The notes beneath the pieces are model-generated. The model had not been told where the DNA came from. It saw only the letters and a list, made by a program, of their open reading frames with translations, and ran no database searches. Positions 10,305 through 19,340 of a DNA stretch of 64,000 nt are shown here, piece after piece. Origin of the DNA: Thermodesulfobacteriota bacterium (GTDB lineage Bacteria > Desulfobacterota_D > UBA1144 > Nemesobacterales > Mycalebacteriaceae). The stretch spans positions 32,001 to 96,000 of the forward strand of contig CBDAQI010000011.1 of assembly GCA_965198945.1 (NCBI GenBank), read 5' to 3'. Position 1 is the stretch's first letter. Every line of letters starts with the position of its first letter. The position numbers were made by a program, and so were the translations under genes.

Positions 10305-10688
10305 ATGAAATACCTGCACACAATGATAAGGGTCGGAGATTTGGAAAGGTCAATCCGTTTCTATACAAATGTTTTGGGTCTTGTTCATCACCGCACAACG
10401 GACTATCCGGACGGCAAGTTTTCACTCGCTTTTCTCGGTTACGGTAACGAAACCGAGCCGTTTCTTGAACTCACTTACAATTACGGAGTGACTGAATACG
10501 AACACGGCGGCGGATACGGGCATATGGCGTTTGCAGTTGAAGACATATACGCCGCGTGTGAAAAGATTTCCGAACTTGGCGGAAAGGTTGTTCGCGCTCC
10601 CGGGCCGATGAAACACGGCAAAACTGTGATTGCCTTTGTGGAAGACCCTGACGGGTACAAAGTTGAGCTGATAGAAAGAAATTCATAG
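10305..10688 (+). CDS. gloA: Lactoylglutathione lyase (glyoxalase I)
   Basis: [50 protein letters not shown]. Confidence 0.95.
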   Translation: MKYLHTMIRVGDLERSIRFYTNVLGLVHHRTTDYPDGKFSLAFLGYGNETEPFLELTYNYGVTEYEHGGGYGHMAFAVEDIYAACEKISELGGKVVRAPGPMKHGKTVIAFVEDPDGYKVELIERNS

Positions 10689-10806
10689 ATACCGCATATT
10701 TCTCAAAAAACACTCCTGAATAATCTCTTTTTCAAACGCGGCAAGGCAACTGCCGTCTCATAAGCCCCTTTGAACAAACGGGCTTCTTATTTTTTTCTTC
10801 TTGTTT

Positions 10807-10836
10807 TTGCCAAGGGAAACAGTTTTTCCCTATAAC
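10807..10836 (+). promoter_or_regulatory. Putative sigma70 promoter with an inverted repeat in the spacer
   Basis: TTGCCA-N18-TATAAC; AGGGAAA-cagtt-TTTCCCT palindrome at 10813-10831. Confidence 0.45.
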
Positions 10837-10875
10837 AGTGCATAACCAAAATTTAATTCATAGGAGGATAATACT

Positions 10876-12381
10876 ATGGGAACAAATTGGAAACTAAACA
10901 GTGTGTTTAACGGCGATGTGGAATTGTCCAAGGAAGACACTTACCGCAATATCAGAGACTATGCGGTTCCGGAAGACAGGATGCTGATGATTACGGCACG
11001 ATTGAAATACAGGGTGTTCCATCCTTTTTCCAGAGCACTATACCCACCAGCAAAGACACAGACTTTTGCCGGTATGGTTTCGTCCAACTTTCTGAGGGAA
11101 AGGGTTATCAGATACTTGGAGCTGGAATGCGGGCAGTTTAATATCCAGAGAGCGGTTTTGCGTGATTTTGACACGAAACTTATGGTAAAAACTCAATGGG
11201 GCAGCCATCAGCTGCAGATTTCAAGAGAGGATAACGGGCAGTCGCCCTTTGCTCCGGTGGACAGCGCTGTTTACTCTGAAAACAACAGTGTGAGAGTGCG
11301 GGTTTTTGAAGTCGGTTTGGAGTTGTCCGATGATGTCGTAACTCAATCCGCAATAGCCGATGATTCGGTCGGGTTGGAACAGCTTGCGCATGGGACGGCG
11401 AACAAGTTTCTGGGCTTTGATGAGAGCGGAAATCCGGTGGAGAAAGACGGTTTGTCTTCTACTGCAAGCGGAACATTAGAATGGCGTAATGAATGTGCGG
11501 CGGGTGAATCATATTCAGGCACGGCTCCACAATCATTGGTTAGATATGCATCTGACGGCAATGTGTATATCTGCACTCAAAGTCATACTTCAGTTGCAAC
11601 ACAAACTCCGTCTGCAATTACAATTCCCGGTGCCACTTGGCAGATGGGTGTAGAGCGGCACTGTTTGGGTATTCGTTCAACAACTGTTGCTGATACAAGA
11701 GGTGCTGTTACTGAAATTCCTTCGTTGCCTGTTAAAATTAGAAGAAAAAACACAGGAGCTATTTTTGATTTTTATATATGTGTAGAGGCGCAAAGATCTG
11801 TTGGAAGTGGACACGGGTTACTTGGGATAACTTTATCAATTTGTGATGGTAATTCCGCCGCACCTTTTGACGATGGAAATGCCTTTAATGGTAGAAATGG
11901 AGTAAAACGACTTACTATCGGTGATATAGAAATTTCTCCTTTTGATGATTATCGTCAGTTCAGAGAGAATATGTATCACATTTATGAAGACGATACTCCG
12001 GGTGATAGATCCCAATTTGAGAATTTAGGCGCAGACGGTTCAGATGTGGTTATTTCTCTGCCGACAGACCAACCGTTTGAGTTTGTGCAGTATCCGGCTG
12101 TAAACGTTCCCGGCAGCACAGAGGGCAGTAACTTTTGGCAATTATTCAGCGGGCCGGGAGACGGATTAAAAAACACTTATTCGGCTTTTATAAGAAGTTC
12201 TTCAACTCCTTCCGTGCCGACAAGCATATCTGTAACAAACGGAGATGTTACAACCGTGGCCGGAACCGGCTGGTCAACTTCAGTGCCGTCCGGCAGTGCC
12301 AAGTTGTGGGAGGCGCGGGTGCGCTCGTCAACGGTCAGTGGAACCGTTACCGGAGGATTTACACTCATTCCATATGGATAA
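10876..12381 (+). CDS. Orphan mosaic protein with phage tail-fibre-like and CBM5/12-like segments
   Basis: Strong RBS AGGAGG; IADDSVGLEQLAHGTANKFLGFD segment; W...Y...VRY..DGNVYICTQSHTS; C-terminal RSSSTP...GWSTSVPSG..LW. Confidence 0.6.
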   Translation: MGTNWKLNSVFNGDVELSKEDTYRNIRDYAVPEDRMLMITARLKYRVFHPFSRALYPPAKTQTFAGMVSSNFLRERVIRYLELECGQFNIQRAVLRDFDTKLMVKTQWGSHQLQISREDNGQSPFAPVDSAVYSENNSVRVRVFEVGLELSDDVVTQSAIADDSVGLEQLAHGTANKFLGFDESGNPVEKDGLSSTASGTLEWRNECAAGESYSGTAPQSLVRYASDGNVYICTQSHTSVATQTPSAITIPGATWQMGVERHCLGIRSTTVADTRGAVTEIPSLPVKIRRKNTGAIFDFYICVEAQRSVGSGHGLLGITLSICDGNSAAPFDDGNAFNGRNGVKRLTIGDIEISPFDDYRQFRENMYHIYEDDTPGDRSQFENLGADGSDVVISLPTDQPFEFVQYPAVNVPGSTEGSNFWQLFSGPGDGLKNTYSAFIRSSSTPSVPTSISVTNGDVTTVAGTGWSTSVPSGSAKLWEARVRSSTVSGTVTGGFTLIPYG

Positions 12382-12424
12382 TCCAATTGCAGGACAATGG
12401 TAACGGTTGAGGTGAAACCAAATT

Positions 12425-12458
12425 GAAGGGGAGGCAAAAACCTCCCCTTCGGTTTATT
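12425..12458 (+). terminator. Intrinsic terminator
   Basis: Perfect 10-bp stem GAAGGGGAGG-caaaaa-CCTCCCCTTC followed by a T-rich tract. Confidence 0.75.
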
Positions 12459-12507
12459 CAGGCGGTTTAATAATGTTTTTGAGAGGATTCTGTGGCCGCC
12501 TTTTATA

Positions 12508-12540
12508 CTGGATTCCCGGCCCGTTTTCACAAAAATGACA
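12508..12540. repeat. Degenerate CGTC/dRS3-like repeat
   Basis: ctggattcccggcccgttttcacaaaaatgaca. Confidence 0.6.
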
Positions 12541-12599
12541 GTGGTTTAGACGTCACTGAAAAGAATTTTGCTTATGACGCACCTTATATTTTTTCATTC

Positions 12600-14246
12600 C
12601 TACCTGAAAAACTGTTTCGCCCTGAGAGTTTTGTGATAGCCAAGAGCGAAACGGTGCGCTTCGTCCCTTATTTTCATCAGCAGAAAAAGCCCTTCCTTGT
12701 TTTTGACCGGCGTCCAGGGAGTTTTTCTGCCGGGTGTGTAAATTGCGTCTTCCCGATCATTTTTACGCCCCTTGGCAATGGCGGCAATGTCAGCCGCGCC
12801 GTAAACGCCCGCGTTCTTCATTGTATCAACCGCCGCGGACAACTGCCCCTTGCCGCCGTCTATGAGAAGCAGGTCCGGCAACTCCCAGCCGGGTTCGTCC
12901 ACTCTCTTGAACCGTCTTGAAAGCATCTCTCTTATTCCCGCAAAGTCATCCTGCCCGGAAACGGTTTTTATTTTGTAGCGTTTGTAACGTTTTTTGTCCG
13001 GTTCGGCGTCGATAAATCTCACGAGCGACCCGGTTGTCTCCCTGCCTTGGGTGTTTGATATGTCAAAACATTCTATTGAACGGGGAATTTTTGACAGTTT
13101 CAGAGATTTCTTCAGAACTGACAGGACATCCTTATCCTTTTCTTCCCTGAGCTGTTTTCTTCTGAGAGTCTCCGCAGCATTTTCTCCCGCGAGACGCAGA
13201 AGTTTCATTCTCGCACCTCTTTTCGGGGCGACTATTTTTACCGAACCGCCGCGTTTTTCCGCCAGCCATTCTTCATATATATGTTTGTACTCCGGAGCGG
13301 AAGGAACCACTATTTCAGGCGGAACCCCTCTGCCGCCATCATAAAACCTTCCCAGAAACTCTCCGAGAGCGCCGGAAAAGCACACTCCCGTGTTTTTCGC
13401 CGAGAGCTCCGCCTTGTCCACAATTCCGCCGTCCCTCTGGAAAAGAACCACAAACTCAAAATTTTCTTCGTCCGCCGCCATCTCTATGATGTCTTTGTCC
13501 GTGAAACTTGAAGGGGAAATCTTTTCAAATCCGCCGTTTTCTCCGAGCGCTTCCAACTGGTCTCTATAGTATGAGGCGTCTTCGTATCTCATTTCATCTG
13601 AGGCGTTTCTCATCTTTTCTTTAAGAAATTTTACGGCGTTTTTCCCGTCGCCTTTGAGAAACGCTTCCGCTTTTACACACAGAGCGCGGTATTGCGTTTT
13701 GTCTATCATGCCGGCGCACGGGCCTGAGCAGAGACGCATATCATAGTTAAGGCACGGGCGGTTTTTGTGTCGTTTGAACTTGTTGTTTGAGCAGTCTCTC
13801 ACTGAAAAAAGTTTGTGGACGAGTTTCGCATTTTTTTTCAGCCCGCCGCCGCGTGAAAACGGTCCGAAATAGGATGCGCCATCCGCATTTACACGCCGGG
13901 TTATTGAGAGCCGCGGGAATTCCTCGTTCATTGAGAGCCGCAGAGAGGCGTAGGTTTTATCGTCTTTCAACTGTATGTTGAACTTCGGTTTGTGTTTTTT
14001 AATGAGTGAGTTTTCAAGTATGAGGGCTTCGTGTTCGTCGCCGGAAAGGATGTAATCAATATTTGCCGTTTCACCCATGAGGTATGAAATCTGCGGCCTT
14101 GAGTCTTTTTTCCGGCTGAAATACGATCTTACGCGGCTTTTCAAATTTGCCGCTTTACCGATGTAAATAACCCGCCCGCCCGAGTTTTTCATCATATAAA
14201 CACCGCAGGAAGACGGCAGTGATTCATAATTCATATTCTCCGGCAT
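12600..14246 (-). CDS. uvrC: Excinuclease ABC subunit C (no C-terminal HhH domain)
   Basis: GVY...YIGKA (GIY-YIG), DDKTY, ECFDISN, PDLLLIDGGKGQL, RDEAHRFA; start estimated. Confidence 0.93.
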   Translation of the reverse strand: MPENMNYESLPSSCGVYMMKNSGGRVIYIGKAANLKSRVRSYFSRKKDSRPQISYLMGETANIDYILSGDEHEALILENSLIKKHKPKFNIQLKDDKTYASLRLSMNEEFPRLSITRRVNADGASYFGPFSRGGGLKKNAKLVHKLFSVRDCSNNKFKRHKNRPCLNYDMRLCSGPCAGMIDKTQYRALCVKAEAFLKGDGKNAVKFLKEKMRNASDEMRYEDASYYRDQLEALGENGGFEKISPSSFTDKDIIEMAADEENFEFVVLFQRDGGIVDKAELSAKNTGVCFSGALGEFLGRFYDGGRGVPPEIVVPSAPEYKHIYEEWLAEKRGGSVKIVAPKRGARMKLLRLAGENAAETLRRKQLREEKDKDVLSVLKKSLKLSKIPRSIECFDISNTQGRETTGSLVRFIDAEPDKKRYKRYKIKTVSGQDDFAGIREMLSRRFKRVDEPGWELPDLLLIDGGKGQLSAAVDTMKNAGVYGAADIAAIAKGRKNDREDAIYTPGRKTPWTPVKNKEGLFLLMKIRDEAHRFALGYHKTLRAKQFFR

Positions 14247-14431
14247 CACTGATTGTATTTTAACATTCGGTAAAATTCCGTTGCAAAAATACCCGGCGCA
14301 TCGGCGCAGAAAAAAGGCAATGCTCCTGATTGGTCTGACTGGCGGCGAGTGGTGGATGCGGGTCTCAGGTTGTGTCACCCGCCGCGGCAAGAGGAATTAG
14401 CCCGGAAGGCTGTATCAGAAATCCCGGTTTT

Positions 14432-15853
14432 TCAAATTTTCCGTGCTGCGGCTATGAAAAACGCCGCAATTGAATTGAAAGACAGGAGCAGAAGATCCAG
14501 ACGCAGCCCCGAAACAACATTCGGTACGAATCCGAAAAGCGACATCAAAAACAGAATTAAACTCACGGCGGTTAATGACGGAAGCGCGGTTCCGTATTTT
14601 TGCTTCCCGCTCATGATTGACAGGAGAATCATGGGCGCCATAAGAGCGGTTCCCATAAAGCCTTTCACCGCAAGTGTTATGAGGTCATCCGGGCTTTTGA
14701 TTGCAAGAATGAAGGACGCCGCGCAGAAAACAAGAATTACAATTTTAACAAAAACAATCGGAGACATTCTCAATTTTTCGCTTATTCTTCCGAGCGCATT
14801 GTTTATCTCAGAGCCAAGCGCAAAAAACTGTGAGTCTGAAGTTGACATTGCGGCGGCGAGTATCCCTATAAGTGCTATTGCGCCTATTACGGCATTTTGT
14901 TCAAGGATAAGTTTTCCTATGAAGTCCGGCCCGCTTTCGGCGGTCATTGCAACCGCACCGTAAAGACCGATTATAAGTCCCGCAATTAAGAGAAGAAAAG
15001 TGAAAGAGGCGTGCAGAACCGGCACCTTGCGCCTTTCATTCATGCCTTTGAGAATTGAAAGTCTTGAAGTCAGCTGGGGCTGCGAAACCGGAAGTAGAAC
15101 AATTGATATGAGGCCCGCAAGAAGCCACTGGGTTGACAGAAGACTCTTCGGGCCGGGTACGGACAGAAGGGCGGGGTTTGTGATTTTTACGGTCTCAATG
15201 AGCTCTCCAAGTCCGCCGAATTTGGAAAGAACCACCGCCGCCATTATCCATATAACGGTAAACAGCATTATTCCCTGAAGCGCGTCGCAATACATTATTC
15301 CCCTGAGTCCTCCGATGGAAGAGTAGAAAAACATGAGAGCGAGAATAAGAAGAGCCCACCCCCATTGGGGAATGTGATAGGGGACAACAGCCGAAAGAAG
15401 GCCTGACGCCCCCTTTATCTGTATGGCTATGTAGGGAACAAGAAAAATTACAAGGCCCATTACATAAACCGTCACCCCGATTCCGCCGAAAGTTTTGCGC
15501 AGCAGGTCTGAAATGCTCCGGAAGTCTGACGAAGCCACCCTCTCTCTCAGTTTGAAAGCGAGCCAGAGTGTGAAGACCGCCAGAGCCATGTCCGTTACGC
15601 CGAGGAATATCCATGTTCCCACACCGTGAACCCTGAAGAAGTTGGGCATTCCTATCAGAATGAAAGTGCTGTAAAGGGTTGCGAAGAATGTGAGGAACCC
15701 TATTATCGTTCCGAGGTTTCCTCCCGCGAGGAAAAATTCGCGCTCATCCCCTTCCGTTCCGCTTTTATTCTTTCTGTTGCCGACTACGGCAAGAGTTATA
15801 AGAACCGCCAGATAGACGGCTCCGACCGCGATGAATGTTGCTCCCTTGCTCAC
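14432..15853 (-). CDS. Sodium:solute symporter family protein
   Basis: FFLAG, GGLRG..YCDALQG, LAAAMSTSDSQ; many hydrophobic segments. Confidence 0.9.
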   Translation of the reverse strand: MSKGATFIAVGAVYLAVLITLAVVGNRKNKSGTEGDEREFFLAGGNLGTIIGFLTFFATLYSTFILIGMPNFFRVHGVGTWIFLGVTDMALAVFTLWLAFKLRERVASSDFRSISDLLRKTFGGIGVTVYVMGLVIFLVPYIAIQIKGASGLLSAVVPYHIPQWGWALLILALMFFYSSIGGLRGIMYCDALQGIMLFTVIWIMAAVVLSKFGGLGELIETVKITNPALLSVPGPKSLLSTQWLLAGLISIVLLPVSQPQLTSRLSILKGMNERRKVPVLHASFTFLLLIAGLIIGLYGAVAMTAESGPDFIGKLILEQNAVIGAIALIGILAAAMSTSDSQFFALGSEINNALGRISEKLRMSPIVFVKIVILVFCAASFILAIKSPDDLITLAVKGFMGTALMAPMILLSIMSGKQKYGTALPSLTAVSLILFLMSLFGFVPNVVSGLRLDLLLLSFNSIAAFFIAAARKI

Positions 15854-15861
15854 CTTACAGT

Positions 15862-16065
15862 TTATTCTTCCCTTGAAGTCAGCATTGCAACCACAAGCAC
15901 AATGTAGATTGCAAGAGAAATTCCCATGCTTACCCAGAGAGTTCTCGGCAGACCCAGCAGATAGGGTTCTGGGTTTCCTTGGGGAATCACCGCCGGAATA
16001 AAAGCCAGGGCTGTGAGAAAAATCGTGACGGGAATGAAAATTTTCCAGCGTTTTGAGTTCTTCAT
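15862..16065 (-). CDS. Small 2-TM membrane protein (symporter-associated, DUF3311-like)
   Basis: Two hydrophobic helices around EPYLLGLP; immediately upstream of the SSS gene. Confidence 0.7.
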   Translation of the reverse strand: MKNSKRWKIFIPVTIFLTALAFIPAVIPQGNPEPYLLGLPRTLWVSMGISLAIYIVLVVAMLTSREE

Positions 16066-16138
16066 ATTAGCACTTTCCGCCGTCCGCTTTATAAGACTCT
16101 ACATATTATGTAATAATGTTGCCGGGTTTTACAAACAA

Positions 16139-17473
16139 ATGAAACGGAAGAACGCCGGGAAAGAAACGCCTTTGCTTTACATTGAAACCTACGGGTGTCA
16201 GATGAATGAGTATGACTCCGACAGAATACGGGCGGCGCTTGGAGCCCGGAAAACACCCGACCCTTCTCTTGCCGATTACATAGTGGTGAACACCTGCGCC
16301 ATCAGACAGAAAGCCGATCACAAAGCTTTCAGCAGCGTGGGAAAGTTCAAAAATCTGAAACAAAAAAATCCCGGAGTTGTAATAGGGATGGCGGGTTGCG
16401 TGGCTCAGTTATACGGGGATGCTCTGTTGAAAAAAAATCCGCATCTTGATTTTGTCATCGGTCCGCGTTCAATACCGAAACTCCCCGCTCTAATAGACGA
16501 CATAGAGCGCTCAAGAGAAAATGAAAGCGCGGGCAGGTCGGAAACCTCTTTTGATGTTGAAGAGACTTTTGCAATCTCCCCGGCGCATGAAAAATCAAAA
16601 GTCGGCGCGTTTGTGTCCGTTCAGCAGGGCTGTAATAAGAAATGTGCCTACTGCATAGTGCCGACCGTCAGAGGCGCGGAGATTAACAGGCCTCTGGAAG
16701 GAATAATGGAAGAAACACGGATGCTTGTGTCAAAAGGGGCGAAAGAAATAACTTTTGTCGGTCAAACGGTCAACTCCTGGAAGCATGACGGTAAAAGATT
16801 CGGAGACCTTCTGCATACGGCCGGGGAAATTGAAGGGCTTGAAAGGATTCGTTTTACAACCCCGTATCCGCGAGACATAACAAGGAAGATGGTTGAAGCG
16901 ATGAGCGATGTTAAAAAGGTATGCCGCCACATCCACCTCCCGGTTCAGTCCGGTTCTGACAGGGTGTTGAAACAGATGAACCGCACTTATACCGTGAAAT
17001 GGTATCTTGAGGCCGTTGACAGGCTCAGGGACTTTGTTCCCGACATAGCGGTTTCAACTGATGTGATAATCGGGTTTCCGGGAGAAACCGACGAGGATTT
17101 TGCCCGAACAATGAATTTGCTTGATAAAGTGCGTTTTGACAGCTCTTTTTCATTCAAGTTTTCCCCGCGTCCCGGAACTCCCGCCGCTGACTCCGCAGAG
17201 CGGGTCAGCCCTGATGTGGCGGAAAGCCGCCTCTCCGTTTTTCAGGAAAGGCAGAGAGAGATTACTCTTGAAAGCAACCGTGAAAGAGAGGGCAGGGAAG
17301 AGGAAGTGCTTGTGTCCGGAGAGGGCAGGCACGGAAGCGGCTGGATGACGGGACGAACAACACACAACAGAATAGTTAATTTCATCGGAGCCCCAAGCTT
17401 GACCGGAACTCTTGCGAAAGTGCTTGTTAAAGACGGCCTTCCCAATTCCCTTCGCGGGGAGCTTGTTTCGTGA
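16139..17473 (+). CDS. miaB: tRNA-2-methylthio-N6-dimethylallyladenosine synthase
   Basis: TYGCQMNEYDS, NTCAIR, GCVAQ, CxxxCxxC (CNKKCAYC), TRAM domain. Confidence 0.95.
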   Translation: MKRKNAGKETPLLYIETYGCQMNEYDSDRIRAALGARKTPDPSLADYIVVNTCAIRQKADHKAFSSVGKFKNLKQKNPGVVIGMAGCVAQLYGDALLKKNPHLDFVIGPRSIPKLPALIDDIERSRENESAGRSETSFDVEETFAISPAHEKSKVGAFVSVQQGCNKKCAYCIVPTVRGAEINRPLEGIMEETRMLVSKGAKEITFVGQTVNSWKHDGKRFGDLLHTAGEIEGLERIRFTTPYPRDITRKMVEAMSDVKKVCRHIHLPVQSGSDRVLKQMNRTYTVKWYLEAVDRLRDFVPDIAVSTDVIIGFPGETDEDFARTMNLLDKVRFDSSFSFKFSPRPGTPAADSAERVSPDVAESRLSVFQERQREITLESNREREGREEEVLVSGEGRHGSGWMTGRTTHNRIVNFIGAPSLTGTLAKVLVKDGLPNSLRGELVS

Positions 17474-18435
17474 AAAAGACGGAAAAAACCGTCGCCCTTA
17501 TAAGTCCGCGCGGTTTCTGCGCCGGTGTGGAGAGGGCCATAGCGATTGTTGAAAAAGTTTTGGAGAAGCATGGGCCTCCAATCTACGTCAAACATGAGAT
17601 AGTTCACAACAAAACGGTTGTTGAAGATTTCAAAAGACGGGGCGTGATTTTTATTGAGAATCCGGGCGAAGTTCCCTCCGGGATGCCCATAGTTTATTCC
17701 GCCCACGGAGTTTCGCGTGCGGTTAGGCGTGCGGCTGAAGAAAGGGGTCTGGAAATATATGACGCCACATGTCCTCTCGTTTCAAGGATTCACGCCGAAG
17801 TCTCGCGTTTGCGCTCAAATGGTTACGAAATTGTGATGATAGGGCACAGGGGTCATCCCGAAGTGGAGGGAACCCTCGGCCAGTCTGACGGTGGGATCCA
17901 CCTTGTTGAAAATGAAAGTGATATAGCCGCGCTCAAAGTTAAAGACCCTTTGAAACTTGGATATGTTACGCAGACCACCCTTTCCGTGGACGACACGCGG
18001 GCTCTTGTCAGCCTGCTCCGCGAAAAATTTCCCCATATACGCCTGCCCAAAAAAGACGATATTTGTTATGCGACGCAAAACCGCCAGGACGCGGTGAAAA
18101 AATGGGCCTCGGATTGTGATGTTGTTTTTGTGGTGGGCTCTGAAACAAGCTCTAACTCAAACCGTCTGAAAGAAGTCGCCCAGCTGCTCGGAGCGAGGGC
18201 TTATCTTGTGGACAGCGCGGAGGATATAGACCCGGAATGGCTCCGGGGAGTTAAAAAAATAGGCCTTACGGCCGGGGCTTCGGCTCCGGAAAGAATAGTG
18301 GAAAATACTGCGTCCCGTTTGCGCGGATGGATGGACGGGGCGGTTGTAAAAGAGTTGGAAGTGGTCAAAGAAGACGTTCATTTCAGTGTGCCGAAAACTC
18401 TTCTCCGCGATTCGGAATCTCTTAATCGTCCCTGA
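17470..18435 (+). CDS. ispH: 4-hydroxy-3-methylbut-2-enyl diphosphate reductase
   Basis: PRGFCAGV, SAHGV, DATCPLV, QTTLS, ICYATQNRQ, SSNS, TAGASAPE. Confidence 0.97.
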   Translation: MKKTEKTVALISPRGFCAGVERAIAIVEKVLEKHGPPIYVKHEIVHNKTVVEDFKRRGVIFIENPGEVPSGMPIVYSAHGVSRAVRRAAEERGLEIYDATCPLVSRIHAEVSRLRSNGYEIVMIGHRGHPEVEGTLGQSDGGIHLVENESDIAALKVKDPLKLGYVTQTTLSVDDTRALVSLLREKFPHIRLPKKDDICYATQNRQDAVKKWASDCDVVFVVGSETSSNSNRLKEVAQLLGARAYLVDSAEDIDPEWLRGVKKIGLTAGASAPERIVENTASRLRGWMDGAVVKELEVVKEDVHFSVPKTLLRDSESLNRP

Positions 18436-18447
18436 TAAAAAGTCTTT

Positions 18448-18476
18448 TTGACAAGCAACCGGATTTTATTTATATT
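18448..18476 (+). promoter_or_regulatory. sigma70 promoter P1 of glnK-amtB
   Basis: TTGACA-N17-TATATT. Confidence 0.75.
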
Positions 18477-18578
18477 AACGGCCCTGCCGGAAAAATTTAT
18501 TCAACTAATTATTCAATTAATTAAAAAATTTCCGAAAATATTTTCCCCGTTTTTTCTTCGCCTCCGCCCGTTTTTTCT

Positions 18579-18607
18579 TTGACAAATGGCGAAACGGCAT
18601 TTATCTT
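18579..18607 (+). promoter_or_regulatory. sigma70 promoter P2 of glnK-amtB
   Basis: TTGACA-N17-TATCTT. Confidence 0.75.
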
Positions 18608-18745
18608 AAACGTCCCGCCAAAAATAATTAGTCTCTGAACTCTCAAAACCGGTCTGCGGAAAAGCCATAAAACTTTTTCCTCAAATAAAATCAGGGTTTT
18701 TTCCGCTTTGGTTTCAAATTTTTCCGCCGATTAACTTATTTCCTT

Positions 18746-18774
18746 TTGACAAATCGGAAGATTGCATTTATTTT
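18746..18774 (+). promoter_or_regulatory. sigma70 promoter P3 of glnK-amtB
   Basis: TTGACA-N17-TATTTT. Confidence 0.75.
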
Positions 18775-18878
18775 AACGGTCCCACCGGAAAAACCGGCCC
18801 CGAAAAACCCCTGATAAAACAAGCGATTTTTGCCGGAATTACTTTCCTGTTTTTCTGAAAAATTCCCGATTTTTTTCT

Positions 18879-18907
18879 TTGACAAGGTTTGAGGCTGTGT
18901 TTAGAAT
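18879..18907 (+). promoter_or_regulatory. sigma70 promoter P4 of glnK-amtB
   Basis: TTGACA-N17-TAGAAT. Confidence 0.78.
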
Positions 18908-18970
18908 CGCCCCCCGTGAAAATGATTTCCGGAAAAATCAATTCAAAAAAAATATGAGGTGATTTCTTAA

Positions 18971-19312
<342 letters not shown>

Positions 19313-19340
19313 AATAAAAAACTTAAAGGAGAATTTTAAT

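Noticed and set aside
10876..12381. Prophage or diversity-generating retroelement target
   Set aside because: No integrase, capsid, reverse transcriptase or template/variable repeat pair is visible.
14335..14400. ZTP or SAM-I riboswitch
   Set aside because: Only partial motif resemblance; the 3' elements are missing and the orientation faces the 3' end of a convergent gene.
18440..18970. CRISPR array
   Set aside because: Units are 131-167 bp apart, conserved only at promoter elements, and no cas genes are present.
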